From NCBI GenBank assembly GCA_965219455.1, contig OZ244744.1, positions 5,408,001-5,472,000 of the forward strand: 64,000 bases of DNA. The letters are read 5' to 3'. Position numbers and translations under genes: made by a program. This document shows, piece after piece, positions 48,789 to 60,284 of this stretch (position 1 is its first letter; each line of letters opens with the position of its first letter). Under the pieces are notes generated by a model that was not told the DNA's origin, searched no databases, and saw only the letters and a program-made list of their open reading frames with translations. This DNA is from Candidatus Latescibacterota bacterium. Its GTDB lineage: Bacteria > Latescibacterota > UBA2968 > GCA-2709665.

Positions 48789-49642
48789 GAATACGGGGAT
48801 CGCAACTGTGAAGCTGATGTCGAAATTGGATCTTGCGAGGGTTCAGAAAAGGGCAATTGCAATTGTCGGCGTGGTATCTGCAGTTCTTGGTTACATTTTA
48901 GGGCGCATAGGCTGGAGGGCGTTGGTGAGGTTTCTCTCGGGCTTTCCATTGAAAATATCCGCCTGGTGACAATTGTTAAATGCCTGCACAGGAGAGTCTT
49001 GGCGGACCTGGCAATTCGAAAGCGAGGAATCGCAATGAGCGCAACCGATGAGAGAAAACGAAAGCCGATTGTGGAGGTTGCGGGGGAGCGAATATCAGCG
49101 TACGAAAAAGGAGTTAGAGGAAGCCGTAGGGTCGATTTTCCCTGACGATCCGCCGTTGGTGGAATCCGGCAAGGGGAAGCAGGCAGAGAAGGACTTCAAG
49201 GCGTGGCCGAAGCGTTTGCAGGAGCGGCAGGACAAGTCCTTATTGGTCTGGTTTGTAAAATAGGTTGCTCTTCGGGTTTTCTCAATGGGCCCATTGGTCG
49301 TTCGCCGGAGATAGGGATATGGGGAGAACGACGGACAGGCGTGGAAAGTGGGCCACAACGTGTCGTTTGGGCAGTTTCCGGGAAAAGCCGTTTCCCGCTC
49401 CTATTGAAATTATATGGATAAGAATTGAAGACTCCAGGCCAAATTGGCATTTTAATATATAGTTCCCAATACTAAAGTCACCAGAACATGGCCGGACGAT
49501 TGAAAGCCGCAGCGAAACTGTGCATTGTGCAGATATCGGTTGATACCTTATCGAGATTTTCCTACTTGCTAAACCTGGGCTTGTTGGCGGACAAGCGATC
49601 ATAACGGTCAACACAGAATCTCCACACAAAGGAGGATGCTAG

Positions 49643-50416
49643 ATGGATAGGCGACAAGAGATGCAAATGACGGTTTTAGTGTCGCAAAGGGACTTACCCC
49701 ATGAACCCATCCGTCCAAAGCCGTGTGATGTATTATGGAGGTACATGAACTTCGAAAAATACGTCGCCATGCTGATGGATGGCGGCATCTACTTTTCGCG
49801 TCCCAGTGAATTGGGCGATGACTACGAGGGAAGCCTGCCGAGAGTGACAGTCGAACGCTTTAGGGACATATTGAACCAAGGAAAACGTCATCAAACTGCA
49901 GAGAATGAAGCACGATCTCAACAAGCCTTTATAAGGAACGCATTCGTCGTTTCGTGCTGGCACGAAATGCCACAGGAGTCAGATGCAATGTGGCGTCTCT
50001 ACGCTGGAAACGGTGCCGGGATTGCGATCAAAACCAACTTCGATTCGTTGCTAACCGCTGTCCTTGGGGATGATATACTAAGTGACGACTATCGGGCTGG
50101 CAGAGTAAAGTACGTAGACTATGAAAAGTGTGATATTCCGACGCTATTCGGAATGCCGCTATTTTACAAGAGGAAATCCTTCGCCCATGAGCGTGAAGTT
50201 CGGATTATACGCTTTAAAGAAGATAGTGGATCCAGTACCGGGGAAACGCATAGAGTAGTTTTACGCACATTAATCCACGAGGTAGTGCTTTCGCCTAATG
50301 CAGACGATTGGATGTACAACGTCGTAAAGACGACAACAAGGCGATTTATTGAACCATTAGCGGAAAAAGTCAGAAAATCGGAGATTTCAAAACCAATCTA
50401 TCTAGAGGATCTTTAA
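49643..50416 (+). CDS. DUF2971-like hypothetical protein
   Basis: LWRYM, DDYEG, VSCW..ESDAMWRLY, VKYVD, KRKSFAHEREVR; RBS AAGGAGG. Confidence 0.8.
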   Translation: MDRRQEMQMTVLVSQRDLPHEPIRPKPCDVLWRYMNFEKYVAMLMDGGIYFSRPSELGDDYEGSLPRVTVERFRDILNQGKRHQTAENEARSQQAFIRNAFVVSCWHEMPQESDAMWRLYAGNGAGIAIKTNFDSLLTAVLGDDILSDDYRAGRVKYVDYEKCDIPTLFGMPLFYKRKSFAHEREVRIIRFKEDSGSSTGETHRVVLRTLIHEVVLSPNADDWMYNVVKTTTRRFIEPLAEKVRKSEISKPIYLEDL

Positions 50417-50867
50417 GTGACGCATCCAAATAGAGTAGCCGGGCCGAAGTGTTACTGCGCTCGGCCTGTCAAAACTGGAATATGGTGCCAACGACCGTCC
50501 AAATAACATAATGTGCGCTTTCGGTTGCTTTGCAGCCGATTCCCGACACATCCGCCAAGGATGTTGAGCCGTTAGACCGGGCGTTGTGGGAGTTGTGGCA
50601 GCAGATAGAGAAGTGTTTTCACGGCATCTCTATGCGGAGACCAGCGTACAACTGTTACAGAGCGCACCGATCGTCCAGGACATTGCTTAGGGATTTTGCG
50701 AAAACGGGGCGAGTGAGGCCCTTGACAGGATTGACAATTGTGATTTCTTTTTATTGAAGATGCGTCGTGAGCCTTCTGGAACGAACCAACTAAAAACCGG
50801 TATAAGATACATTATGTAAACTTGAGGTTGGCGCAGACGGCTTCTTTGCCAATTGTCTCTGATATTT

Positions 50868-51536
50868 CTATTCGAAGGGCCCATTCTGCCTGTATTTCTC
50901 CTGCAGCATGGTCAATTCGGTTTTCAGACGTCCTATTTCCCTGTTTTTGGCCGCCACGTCCTCTTTGAATGTTTCGCAGATGTTGTCGAGCATCCGGTTT
51001 TTTTCTCTCAGGCGATTCCGTTCTTCTCCGAGTCGGTTCATTTCTTTTCTGAGCCAATGCGCCGTTAAAGCTGCCTCTTCCCGGGCTTTATCCGCAGAGT
51101 GCAGGTTTTCCCGCAAACCCTCGACGTCATCCTTGTATTTTCGTGCTTCGGTCCATCCGGATGCGGACGACGCTTCGAGTTGAGCCTGACGTTCGCTCAG
51201 TGCTCGAAACTCGGCCGTGCGTTCGGCCAGAGTGCGCTCAACGGCATCCAGTTTTCCGACACGCTGTTGCAACCGGTCATAGTCATCCCGATGAAGCTGC
51301 ACCAGGGGCTCGCTTTCGAGTCGTTCCAATCTTTCTGATTCTATAATTTTTCCATATTTCTTCCTATAAATTTCCATTATATTTTCTTTGGGAATTCTCC
51401 ACGCGCCATTCCACTTCTGCGCCTTCAGAAATTCACGATCTATGTAGTTTCGGACCGTTTTCGTGGTTACTTTGAGCAAATGTGCCGCTTGATCGATGGT
51501 TAAATGCTGTAACTGGACGTCTCCGGAGTCGGACAT
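50868..51536 (-). CDS. Excisionase/MerR-like HTH protein with a long coiled coil
   Basis: LTIDQAAHLLKVTTKTVRNYI..LKA..WRI, then a heptad-rich tail; RBS GGAGG. Confidence 0.8.
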   Translation of the reverse strand: MSDSGDVQLQHLTIDQAAHLLKVTTKTVRNYIDREFLKAQKWNGAWRIPKENIMEIYRKKYGKIIESERLERLESEPLVQLHRDDYDRLQQRVGKLDAVERTLAERTAEFRALSERQAQLEASSASGWTEARKYKDDVEGLRENLHSADKAREEAALTAHWLRKEMNRLGEERNRLREKNRMLDNICETFKEDVAAKNREIGRLKTELTMLQEKYRQNGPFE

Positions 51537-51650
51537 AATCCCTCCATTACATAATTATTCCATTTATTTTCATAAATTATTATAAGACATTTCATCCCTG
51601 AATTCAAGAGCGATTCACGGGTTGGATTCGTCCACGGAAGGAAAACGCAA

Positions 51651-52760
51651 ATGAAAAGTGCAGGTTTGAAACATACCCCACTCTCCGGACAGCATGTGGC
51701 ACTAAACGCAAAAATGGTCGAATTCGGAGGTTGGGAGATGCCGGTCCAATATTCCGGGATCGTTGCGGAACATCAAGCGGTGCGAACGGCCGCGGGGCTG
51801 TTCGACGTCAGCCACATGGGCCAGATCCAGGTCTCGGGGTCCGGAGCGAGGGATTTCTTACAATATCTGGCAGCCAACGACATCGGGAAGCTGGAAATTG
51901 GCAGATGTCAATATTCCTTTCTCCTGAACGAACGCGGCGGCACGATTGACGACATGATGGTCTACCGGATCGAAGCGGACACCTACACGCTCGTTGTCAA
52001 CGCTTCCAATGCGGAAAACGACTGGGCTCACGTGCGGTCCACGGGGATTGGCCGTAAAGGAATCCATCTGCATAACGGAAGCGGCGCCAGCGCCCTGCTG
52101 GCATTCCAGGGTCCCGCAGCCGGTAGAATCCTATCGGAACTGACGTCCGGCGACGTCGAGGCGCTTCGTTTCCACGATGTACGTCCGTTTACCGTTGCCG
52201 GTCTGCCGGTAATGCTCGCCGCATCGGGTTATACCGGCGAAAACGGCTTTGAGATGTTCGTGTCGTCGGACGAGGTGGAATTGTTGTGGCGCGCGCTCCT
52301 GGACGCGGGTGAAGACGTGGGAGCGGTACCGGTTGGTCTGGGCGCCCGGGATACCCTCCGGCTGGAGGCCTCGCTGGCCCTGTACGGACACGAACTGGAT
52401 GAGAATACGTCTCCGTTGGAGGCCAATCTCGGTTTCGCTGTGGCGAAGACCGGATCGTATATCGGTTCCGGTGCGATTCGGGAGCAGATGGCGCGCGGCG
52501 TCGACAAAAGGCTCGTGATGCTGGAAATGATCGACAGAGGCATCCCACGCCAGGGTTACGAGATTCACCGTTCCGACGGCACGACCACAGGCGTCGTCAC
52601 CAGCGGGTCGGTCTCGCCCTGGTCCGGCAAGATCATCGCCATGGGCTTTGTGAACCCGAAGCTCGCCAGGCCGGGCCAGGAACTGCTTGTGTCCGTCCGC
52701 AACCGGCGGCTTCGGGCAAAGGTGGTTCGCCGACCGTATTACCGTCGTCCAAGCACTTAG
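51651..52760 (+). CDS. gcvT: Glycine cleavage system T protein
   Basis: TPL..H..MVEFGGWEMPVQY, FDVSHMG, GYTGE.GFE, GLGARDTLRLEA. Confidence 0.96.
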   Translation: MKSAGLKHTPLSGQHVALNAKMVEFGGWEMPVQYSGIVAEHQAVRTAAGLFDVSHMGQIQVSGSGARDFLQYLAANDIGKLEIGRCQYSFLLNERGGTIDDMMVYRIEADTYTLVVNASNAENDWAHVRSTGIGRKGIHLHNGSGASALLAFQGPAAGRILSELTSGDVEALRFHDVRPFTVAGLPVMLAASGYTGENGFEMFVSSDEVELLWRALLDAGEDVGAVPVGLGARDTLRLEASLALYGHELDENTSPLEANLGFAVAKTGSYIGSGAIREQMARGVDKRLVMLEMIDRGIPRQGYEIHRSDGTTTGVVTSGSVSPWSGKIIAMGFVNPKLARPGQELLVSVRNRRLRAKVVRRPYYRRPST

Positions 52761-52842
52761 TGTCCTCCCCCCTACCCTGCCGATTTCGTCTCCTGACGCT
52801 AAACCACGTCGATCCGCACGAACATCTGCATCCAACTGTATT

Positions 52843-52884
52843 AAAAAAACGAACCCGGAGTCGGTGGATGACTCCGGGTTTTTG
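52843..52884. terminator. Bidirectional terminator between gcvT and leuS
   Basis: AACCCGGAGTC-loop-GACTCCGGGTT flanked by A and T runs. Confidence 0.8.
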
Positions 52885-52887
52885 TAA

Positions 52888-55341
52888 TTACGCCACGATA
52901 TTGACGAGGCGATTGGGAACGACAATCACCTTTCTGGGTACCTTGCCCGCCAGATGGTTCCTGACATTCGGCTGCTCCAGCGCCAGTTTTTTGACGTCGT
53001 CGCCTTCCGCATCCACCTCCACCTGAAACCGGGCGCGGACCTTACCGTTGACCTGTACCGGCATCTGAATGGTTGCCGGACGCGCAAGATCCTCGTCCCA
53101 TTCGGGCCAGGCCTGTTCGTGAACGCTGTAGGTTTCGCCGATGCGTTCCCACAGTTCTTCCGATAAATGCGGCGCAAACGGCGCCATTAACAGGCACAGC
53201 GACCGGACGGCATCTTTCCATTCGGCCGATTCGGCGACCGCCGCGGTTTTTGCTTTACCGAGCCGGTTGACGAAGGTCATCAGAGCGGCAACGGCGGTGT
53301 TGAAGTCGAACGACTCCAGGTCCGCCGAGACCTTCTTGATCGCCTGGTGGGTCATCCTCTGCAGTTCCGTCGTCTCCCCTATACCCGGTGGCTCGCCCGC
53401 CGACTCCACCGGCTCCACGACAAGCGACCAGACCCGGTTCAGAAATCGGGGAACGCCCTCCATGCTCGCCGGGTTCCAGGGGCCGCCCTGGTCCCAGCGG
53501 CTGATGAACATCAGATACGCCCGAATGCTGTCAACGCCGTGCGCATCGATGAGATGGTCCGGATTCACCACGTTGCCCCGGGACTTGCTCATTTTCTCGT
53601 AATCCTCGCCCAGTATGATTCCCTGGTTGAACAACCGGACCATGGGTTCGGCTTCGTCCGTGGCGATCAGCTTCATATCCCGCATCGCCATGGTGAAAAA
53701 GCGAGTGTAGAGCAGATGCATCGTGGCGTGTTCGATACCGCCCGTATACTGATCCACCGGCAGCCAGTAGGCCCCCTCGTCCGGATCGAACGGGCCGACG
53801 CCGTATTGAGGACTGAGATACCGGTACTGATACCACGATGAACACATGAATGTATCCATCGTATCGGTTTCTCTCAGCGCATCCCCGTGACATTCCGGGC
53901 AGGTCGTATGCAGAAATCCCTCGTGATGTTTCAGCGGAGATTCGCCCGTAGGCAGAAACTCCGCATCGTCCGGCAGTGTCACGGGAAGATCCCGTTCCGG
54001 GACGGGCAACACGCCGCAGTCGGCGCAGTAGACGATCGGTATGGGGCAACCCCAATACCGTTGACGGGAAATCAGCCAGTCGTGCAACCGATAGTTTACC
54101 TTCCGCTCGCCGATTTCCCGATCTTCCAGATCTTCAGCCACCGCGTTCTTCGCGGCCTCGGATGACATTCCGCTGAACCTTCCGGAATTGACCAGCGCGC
54201 CTTCTCCCTCGTACGGACGCCGCAGGGGGCGACCATCCCAATCCGGAGGCGAAATTACCGTTGAAACGGGCAATCCGTACCGTTTCGCAAACTCGAAATC
54301 CCTTTCGTCGTGTCCGGGCACGGCCATGATCGCGCCGGTTCCGTACGTTGTCAGCACATAGTCGGCAATAAAGATCGGCACCTCGGCGTCGTTCATCGGA
54401 TTGATCGCATACGCACCCGTAAAGACACCGTCCCTTTCTTTGTCCAGCGATAATCGATCGATTTCGGATCGCCTGCCGACCCTCTCGCGGTACGACGCGA
54501 CTTCGGCCGCCCGGGCCTGAGTTGTTATGGTATCGACAAGATGGTGCTCCGGCGCCAATACGGCGAACGTAACGCCGAAAATCGTATCCGCGCGCGTGGT
54601 GAAAACCCGGAATGATTCCCCCGTTCCCTTCACGCTCATTTCAAACTCCACCCCGTCGCTGCGGCCGATCCAGTTGGTCTGCATCGTTTCGACCCGGTCG
54701 GGCCAGTCCAGGCCCGAAAAATCCAGCAGGGAATCCGCATATTTCGTTATCCGGAACAACCACTGATCCAGGTCTTTTTTGACAACCGGGGTGTCGCAGC
54801 GTTCGCAGTGGCGGTCGTCTCCCCACACCTGCTCTCTTGCAAGCGTGGTATTGCAACGGGGGCACCAGTCCACCGGGGCCTTTTTCCGATAGGCCAGCCC
54901 GTGGCGATAGAACTGCAGGAACAGCCATTGCGTCCACTTGTAATATTCGGGCTCGCACGTGACGATCTCTCTGTCCCAGTCGAACATGGCGCCCATTTTC
55001 TTCAAATGCCGCCGCATTCTTTCCACGTTGTCCATGGTCCATTTGGCCGGATGAATTCCCCTTTCGATGGCGGCATTCTCCGCCGGCAGCCCGAACGCAT
55101 CAAAACCAATCGGGAACAGGACGTTATATCCTTTCATCCGCATCCATCTGGCGCGAGCGTCGGAAGGCGCCATCGCATACCAGTGTCCGATATGCAGGTC
55201 TCCCGACGTATACGGCAACATCGTCAGCGCATAGTGCTTGGGTCTGCCTTCCTTAACGGCGCTCTTGTAAAGCCCCGTCTCCTCCCAGCGTGTGCGCCAC
55301 TTGGACTCGATCGAAGCGAAGTCATATCCACTCTCAGCCAT
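52888..55341 (-). CDS. leuS: Leucine--tRNA ligase
   Basis: HIGH, FTTR, GTGAIMAVPGHD, WLISRQRYWG, KMSKS, VQVNGK. Confidence 0.97.
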   Translation of the reverse strand: MAESGYDFASIESKWRTRWEETGLYKSAVKEGRPKHYALTMLPYTSGDLHIGHWYAMAPSDARARWMRMKGYNVLFPIGFDAFGLPAENAAIERGIHPAKWTMDNVERMRRHLKKMGAMFDWDREIVTCEPEYYKWTQWLFLQFYRHGLAYRKKAPVDWCPRCNTTLAREQVWGDDRHCERCDTPVVKKDLDQWLFRITKYADSLLDFSGLDWPDRVETMQTNWIGRSDGVEFEMSVKGTGESFRVFTTRADTIFGVTFAVLAPEHHLVDTITTQARAAEVASYRERVGRRSEIDRLSLDKERDGVFTGAYAINPMNDAEVPIFIADYVLTTYGTGAIMAVPGHDERDFEFAKRYGLPVSTVISPPDWDGRPLRRPYEGEGALVNSGRFSGMSSEAAKNAVAEDLEDREIGERKVNYRLHDWLISRQRYWGCPIPIVYCADCGVLPVPERDLPVTLPDDAEFLPTGESPLKHHEGFLHTTCPECHGDALRETDTMDTFMCSSWYQYRYLSPQYGVGPFDPDEGAYWLPVDQYTGGIEHATMHLLYTRFFTMAMRDMKLIATDEAEPMVRLFNQGIILGEDYEKMSKSRGNVVNPDHLIDAHGVDSIRAYLMFISRWDQGGPWNPASMEGVPRFLNRVWSLVVEPVESAGEPPGIGETTELQRMTHQAIKKVSADLESFDFNTAVAALMTFVNRLGKAKTAAVAESAEWKDAVRSLCLLMAPFAPHLSEELWERIGETYSVHEQAWPEWDEDLARPATIQMPVQVNGKVRARFQVEVDAEGDDVKKLALEQPNVRNHLAGKVPRKVIVVPNRLVNIVA

Positions 55342-55365
55342 CTGACGGCTCCCTCTTCTCACATT

Positions 55366-56661
55366 TTAAGGGTAAAGCCGCTGCAGCATCCGGGGAAACG
55401 GAATGGTCTCCCGTACATGCCGCAACCCGCAGATCCACGCCACGGTCCGTTCGATGCCCAGGCCGAAACCGGCGTGTGGGACCGATCCGTAGCGTCTCAG
55501 GTCCAGGTACCATTGGAAAGGGGCCTCGTCAAGTCTGTGTTCGGCGATTTTCCGCCGTAATTCCTCCAGGTTGTCCTCCCGTTGCCCGCCGCCGATGATT
55601 TCTCCGTATCCTTCGGGAGCCAGCATATCCATACACAGCGCCAGCCGTCCGTCGTCCGGATCCCCCTTCATATAAAAGGCTTTACACGCCGCCGGATACC
55701 TGTGCACCAGGACAGGACGATCGAACTGTTCGGCCAGAACGGTTTCTTCGTCGCCGCCGAAATCATCGCCCCACGCATGCGATATGCCCTTTTTATTCAC
55801 GATGTCCACCGCTTCCGTATAGGAGACTCTGGGGAACGGTTTCTTCACGCGTTCGAGCGGCTCGAGATCCCGTTCCAGTAGCTCCAATTCCTCCCTGCGG
55901 TTTTCCAGGACCTGCTGAACCACGGTACTCACGAAATCCTCCGCCAGATCCATGTCGCCATTCAGGTCCATGTAAGCCACCTCCGGCTCGACCATCCAGA
56001 ATTCGGTGAGGTGCCGTCGGGTTTTGGATTTCTCCGCTCGGAATGTCGGCCCAAAGCAGTAAACCTTTCCGAAGGCCATGGCGCTGGCTTCCAGATAGAG
56101 TTGTCCACTCTGGGTCAGGTAGGCCTGATCGTCGAAGTAGTCGGTCTGAAAGAGCGTCGTGGTGCCCTCACAGGATGAAGGCGTAAAAATCGGTGAATCC
56201 GTCAGGACGAATTCTCTTTCATCGAAATAATTCCTGCATGCCCGGATTACTTCGCTTCGCACCCGCAAAATGGCGTGCTGGCGGGAAGAACGCAGCCAGA
56301 GATGACGATGATCCATCAGAAAGGCGGTACCGTGCGCTTTTGGCGTTATGGGATAGGGTTCCGATGCCTGGACCACCTCGAAATCGGAAACCCCAACCTC
56401 AAAACCCAGGGGCGAGCGTCTGTCTTCGCGCACAACCCCCCATACGCGCAGCGACGACTCCCGGGTCAGGTTACCGGAGCGCTCAAACAGGTCTGACGAC
56501 ACCTCCCCCTTGAACACGATACATTGCACCACACCGGTTCCGTCTCTCAGTTGTAGAAAGTGCAGCTTTCCGCTGGAGCGTTTGTTGTGCAGCCAGCCCT
56601 GAAGAAGCACCTGACGCCCGTCGTACCCGGCGATCTTTGAAATCGAAATCGGTTCGGCCAT
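55366..56661 (-). CDS. asnS: Asparagine--tRNA ligase
   Basis: [44 protein letters not shown]. Confidence 0.96.
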   Translation of the reverse strand: MAEPISISKIAGYDGRQVLLQGWLHNKRSSGKLHFLQLRDGTGVVQCIVFKGEVSSDLFERSGNLTRESSLRVWGVVREDRRSPLGFEVGVSDFEVVQASEPYPITPKAHGTAFLMDHRHLWLRSSRQHAILRVRSEVIRACRNYFDEREFVLTDSPIFTPSSCEGTTTLFQTDYFDDQAYLTQSGQLYLEASAMAFGKVYCFGPTFRAEKSKTRRHLTEFWMVEPEVAYMDLNGDMDLAEDFVSTVVQQVLENRREELELLERDLEPLERVKKPFPRVSYTEAVDIVNKKGISHAWGDDFGGDEETVLAEQFDRPVLVHRYPAACKAFYMKGDPDDGRLALCMDMLAPEGYGEIIGGGQREDNLEELRRKIAEHRLDEAPFQWYLDLRRYGSVPHAGFGLGIERTVAWICGLRHVRETIPFPRMLQRLYP

Positions 56662-56840
56662 CGTTTCCCTCTTCGGACCAGGCGGTCGTTGCGTCCCTAA
56701 CAGTCCGTTGAAAAAGTTGCTCTGCAGGCGAGACCGAGCCGAATCGGGGGATTCGGGGAGGGAGCGCAACGTTGCAAAACCAAAAAAGACGACCGGAAGT
56801 TGCCGATCGCCTTCTGCCGACCACTGGTTTTCCTGCCGGA

Positions 56841-58979
56841 TCAGCGCCGACTCGGCCTTCGTGGACCTCGAGATTGGCGGGGCGGTGGTTCGACGTACCC
56901 GGGGGGCGGTTCGAAAGTCGCCTTGCGACTGAGTCGAACCTTACCCTGGTCGTCGATCGAAACCACCTTGACGTCCACCTTATCCCCTTCGGACAGCACG
57001 TCTTCCACCTTGTTCACACGGTGGTAATCCAGCTCGGAAATGTGGCAGAGCCCCTCTTTCCCGGGGAGAATCTCGATAAAGGCGCCGAAGTCCAACGTTC
57101 GCTTGACCGTTCCATTGTATACACGGCCCACTTCCGGATCTTCCACCAGCGCCTTGATCATCTGCATGGCTTCTTCGCCGGCCGCAGCGTCGACCGAACT
57201 GACGGTAATCAACCCGTCGTCTTCCACCGCTACGGTGGCTCCCGTTTCTTCGATACGGCGAATGGTCTTTCCGCCCGGGCCGATAACCGTGCCGATCTTG
57301 GAGGGATCGATATAGACTGAGAGAATGCGCGGCGCGTAAGGAGACAACTCCGGCCTGGGGCGGGCGATCGCTTCGTTCATTTTGCCCAGAATATGGTCCA
57401 GCGCTCCCCGGGCGCGCCCGAAGGCCTCCTGCATAATCTCAAGACTGATTCCCTTGACTTTGATATCCAGCTGGATCGACGTCAATCCCTCGGCCGTCCC
57501 CGCAATCTTGAGATCCATATCGCCGAGATGGTCTTCCGCACCCAGAATATCGGTCAGCAGCGCCCAATTGGAACTGTCCTCCCCCATCACGAGCCCGACT
57601 CCCGCGCCCGCAACGGCCGTCTTGACGGGAACCCCAGCATCCATCAGTGCGAGCGATCCGCCGCACACCGTGGCCATGGACGACGAACTGTTCGATTCCA
57701 GAATTTCGGAAACCACCCGAATTGTATAGGGAAAGTGCTTTTCGTTGGGTATGGCGGGTATCAGAGCCTTTTCCGCAAGAATGCCGTGTCCAATTTCCCG
57801 CCTTCCAGGAGCCCCGATCCGGCGGGTTTCCCCGACGCTGTACGACGGAAAGTTGTAGTCCAGCATGAAACTCTTATAGGACATTCCTTCGAGATCGTCC
57901 ACCATCCGGGTATCCAGCTTGCTGCCCAGCGTGGCCACGCATAGCGCCTGGGTCTGCCCCCGTGTAAACAAAGCCGAACCGTGTGCGCGCGGCAAACTCC
58001 CGATTTCAATCTCGATCGGCCGCACTTCGTCCAGGTCCCTTCCATCGATCCGACGGCCTTCTTCCAGAATCATCCGGCGCATTTCCGCCTTGACAATCGC
58101 CCCGATTTCAGCGGCGATTTCCGCGCGCGATTCCGGATACCCCTCTTCAAGGGTCGCTTGCACATCCTCCTCGATTCCCGCAATAACACTCGCCCGGTCT
58201 TCTTTCTCAGACAACCGGTTCGCCTCTCTGATGCGTTGAGCCGCCAGTTCCCTTACGGCTTCCCCAAGCGCTTCATCGGATTCGGGTTCGACAACCACCC
58301 GCTTTGGTTTTCCGCATCGGGCCACCAGGTCTTCCTGCATTTCCACCAGCCTGGCGATGGCTTCCTGACCCGCCCGTAGCGCACCCAGTACATCGGCGTC
58401 GGGAACCTCGTGGCATTCGCCTTCAACGGAAATAATCGATTCCTTGTTACCGGAAACGATGATGTTGATATCGCTTTCTTCCAGCTGTTCATACGTTGGA
58501 TTGATCACGTACTCGCCGTTTATCCGACCCACCTTCACGGCGCCGATCGGTCCTTCAAACGGAATGTCGGAGATACAGACAGCCGCCGATGCGCCGTTCA
58601 TCGCCAGCACGGCGGGGTCATTATCTTCATCGAACGATAGTATGGTTACCAGAACCTGCGTTTCCACGTCCCGTTTCAGGAACAAAGGCCGAATCTGGTG
58701 GTCAATCAGCCTCGCGCTCAACTTTTCCGTTGTGGAAGGCGCGCCTTCACGCTTGAAAAAGTTGCCGGGAATTTTGCCGCTTGCATAGAACTTCTCTCGA
58801 TAGTCCACGGTTAACGGAAAAAAATCCAGATTGGATACTTTGGTATCCGCCACCGTTGCAACCAGTACCACGGTTTCACCATATTGCATCCATACGGCGC
58901 CGTGGGCCTGCTTCGCCACCCGCCCGTATTCGATGGACAACGTCCGTCCTTCCAGTTCCAACTCTATTTTTTCTACCAT
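56841..58979 (-). CDS. pnp: Polyribonucleotide nucleotidyltransferase
   Basis: [39 protein letters not shown] and S1 domains. Confidence 0.97.
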   Translation of the reverse strand: MVEKIELELEGRTLSIEYGRVAKQAHGAVWMQYGETVVLVATVADTKVSNLDFFPLTVDYREKFYASGKIPGNFFKREGAPSTTEKLSARLIDHQIRPLFLKRDVETQVLVTILSFDEDNDPAVLAMNGASAAVCISDIPFEGPIGAVKVGRINGEYVINPTYEQLEESDINIIVSGNKESIISVEGECHEVPDADVLGALRAGQEAIARLVEMQEDLVARCGKPKRVVVEPESDEALGEAVRELAAQRIREANRLSEKEDRASVIAGIEEDVQATLEEGYPESRAEIAAEIGAIVKAEMRRMILEEGRRIDGRDLDEVRPIEIEIGSLPRAHGSALFTRGQTQALCVATLGSKLDTRMVDDLEGMSYKSFMLDYNFPSYSVGETRRIGAPGRREIGHGILAEKALIPAIPNEKHFPYTIRVVSEILESNSSSSMATVCGGSLALMDAGVPVKTAVAGAGVGLVMGEDSSNWALLTDILGAEDHLGDMDLKIAGTAEGLTSIQLDIKVKGISLEIMQEAFGRARGALDHILGKMNEAIARPRPELSPYAPRILSVYIDPSKIGTVIGPGGKTIRRIEETGATVAVEDDGLITVSSVDAAAGEEAMQMIKALVEDPEVGRVYNGTVKRTLDFGAFIEILPGKEGLCHISELDYHRVNKVEDVLSEGDKVDVKVVSIDDQGKVRLSRKATFEPPPGYVEPPPRQSRGPRRPSRR

Positions 58980-59062
58980 CCACCCATTCTCCTCAACAAA
59001 AATGAAGTTACCTCCAGCCTTCAGCCATCAATCCGTGGGATGTTGGATTTCGCTACAGACAT

Positions 59063-59332
59063 TCAACCACGGATTCCGAGTTTACCAATTAGTGTACGAT
59101 ATCCGGTGAGATCACGCCGCTGCATATACCTCAGGAAACGCCGGCGCTGGCCAACCAGTTTGAGCAGCCCGCGGCGCGAATGGTGATCCTTCCTGTGGCG
59201 CCGCGCGTGCTCGGTCAACATTCTGATCCGCTCCGTCAACAGTGCGATCTGCACCTCGACGGATCCCGTATCCTGAGCGGCTCGACCGAAGGTCTCAACC
59301 AATTCGCCTTTCATTTCGTTTGTTAAACCCAA
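59063..59332 (-). CDS. rpsO: 30S ribosomal protein S15
   Basis: [23 protein letters not shown]; TTG start after GGAGG gives 89 aa. Confidence 0.96.
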   Translation of the reverse strand: MGLTNEMKGELVETFGRAAQDTGSVEVQIALLTERIRMLTEHARRHRKDHHSRRGLLKLVGQRRRFLRYMQRRDLTGYRTLIGKLGIRG

Positions 59333-60279
59333 TGCCTTACCTCCATTTGATGAGCGCACTTCTCTTCCACGATTTCCCGGGCACGCTGCCCGTCTCTTTG
59401 AATTTGCGATACAAGTGCCTCCGAATTCCGAAACCTGCGCTCGTCGCGCAGGCGCCCCACCAGTTCCAGGGATATCCGGCGTCCGTAGAGATCACCGTTG
59501 AAATCCAGCAGGTGGGCCTCCAGCAGCCTGTCTTTTCCGTTAAACGTGGGACGCATACCAAGGTTCATAACGGCCGCATACGGTTCTGGAATAAATGCCC
59601 TGGCGGCGTAGACGCCATTGGGAGGCAACAGCTTCATGGACTCGTCCAATGCAAGATTGGCGGTCGGAAAACCCAACTGCCGCCCGCGACCTTCGCCCGG
59701 CGCCACACGGCCTGAAATGGGATACCCGCCTCCAAGCAACTCACGGGCTTCGTCAATTTTCCCCTTTTGGACCAGATCCCGAAGCCGGCTGCTGCTTACC
59801 GGGCGTTCCCCCACCATCACCGGTGACACAACAGAGACTTCGAAACCGAACCGATCGCCAAGCGTCCGCATGGTTTCGGGATCGCCGCCGCGGCCTTTAC
59901 CAAATCCGTGATCGTAACCCAGCACCACAACCTTCGCGCCCAGATATTCCACCAGATAGGTCGATACAAATGCTTCGGGACTCAACATCTGTACCTGCCG
60001 GGTAAACGGAATAACCGCCAACACGTCGATCCCGGCATCTCCAAGCCGCCGGCGCTTCTCGTTCATCGACGTCAGAACAACCGGCGGGTCGGCAGGATGG
60101 ATAACGGCCCGTGGATGTGGATCGAAGGTGACGGCAACGGCGGTGCCGGAACGCGCACGGGCCGCGGCGACAACGGCTTCGATAACGGCCCGGTGCCCCC
60201 GGTGGACACCGTCGAATGTGCCGACCGTGACCACCGCGTTGGCCAATTCGAGAGTCTGTACCAATGTCCGCGTCTGCAT
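59323..60279 (-). CDS. ribF: Bifunctional riboflavin kinase/FAD synthetase
   Basis: [39 protein letters not shown]. Confidence 0.96.
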   Translation of the reverse strand: MQTRTLVQTLELANAVVTVGTFDGVHRGHRAVIEAVVAAARARSGTAVAVTFDPHPRAVIHPADPPVVLTSMNEKRRRLGDAGIDVLAVIPFTRQVQMLSPEAFVSTYLVEYLGAKVVVLGYDHGFGKGRGGDPETMRTLGDRFGFEVSVVSPVMVGERPVSSSRLRDLVQKGKIDEARELLGGGYPISGRVAPGEGRGRQLGFPTANLALDESMKLLPPNGVYAARAFIPEPYAAVMNLGMRPTFNGKDRLLEAHLLDFNGDLYGRRISLELVGRLRDERRFRNSEALVSQIQRDGQRAREIVEEKCAHQMEVRHWV

Positions 60280-60284
60280 CCGGT

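Noticed and set aside
48950-49630. Short ORFs (49048-49263, 49265-49462)
   Set aside because: Possibly decayed gene fragments, but no family was recognisable
51537-51650. Glycine riboswitch upstream of gcvT
   Set aside because: Short AT-rich spacer without GGAGA/CCGAAG/CTCAGG motifs
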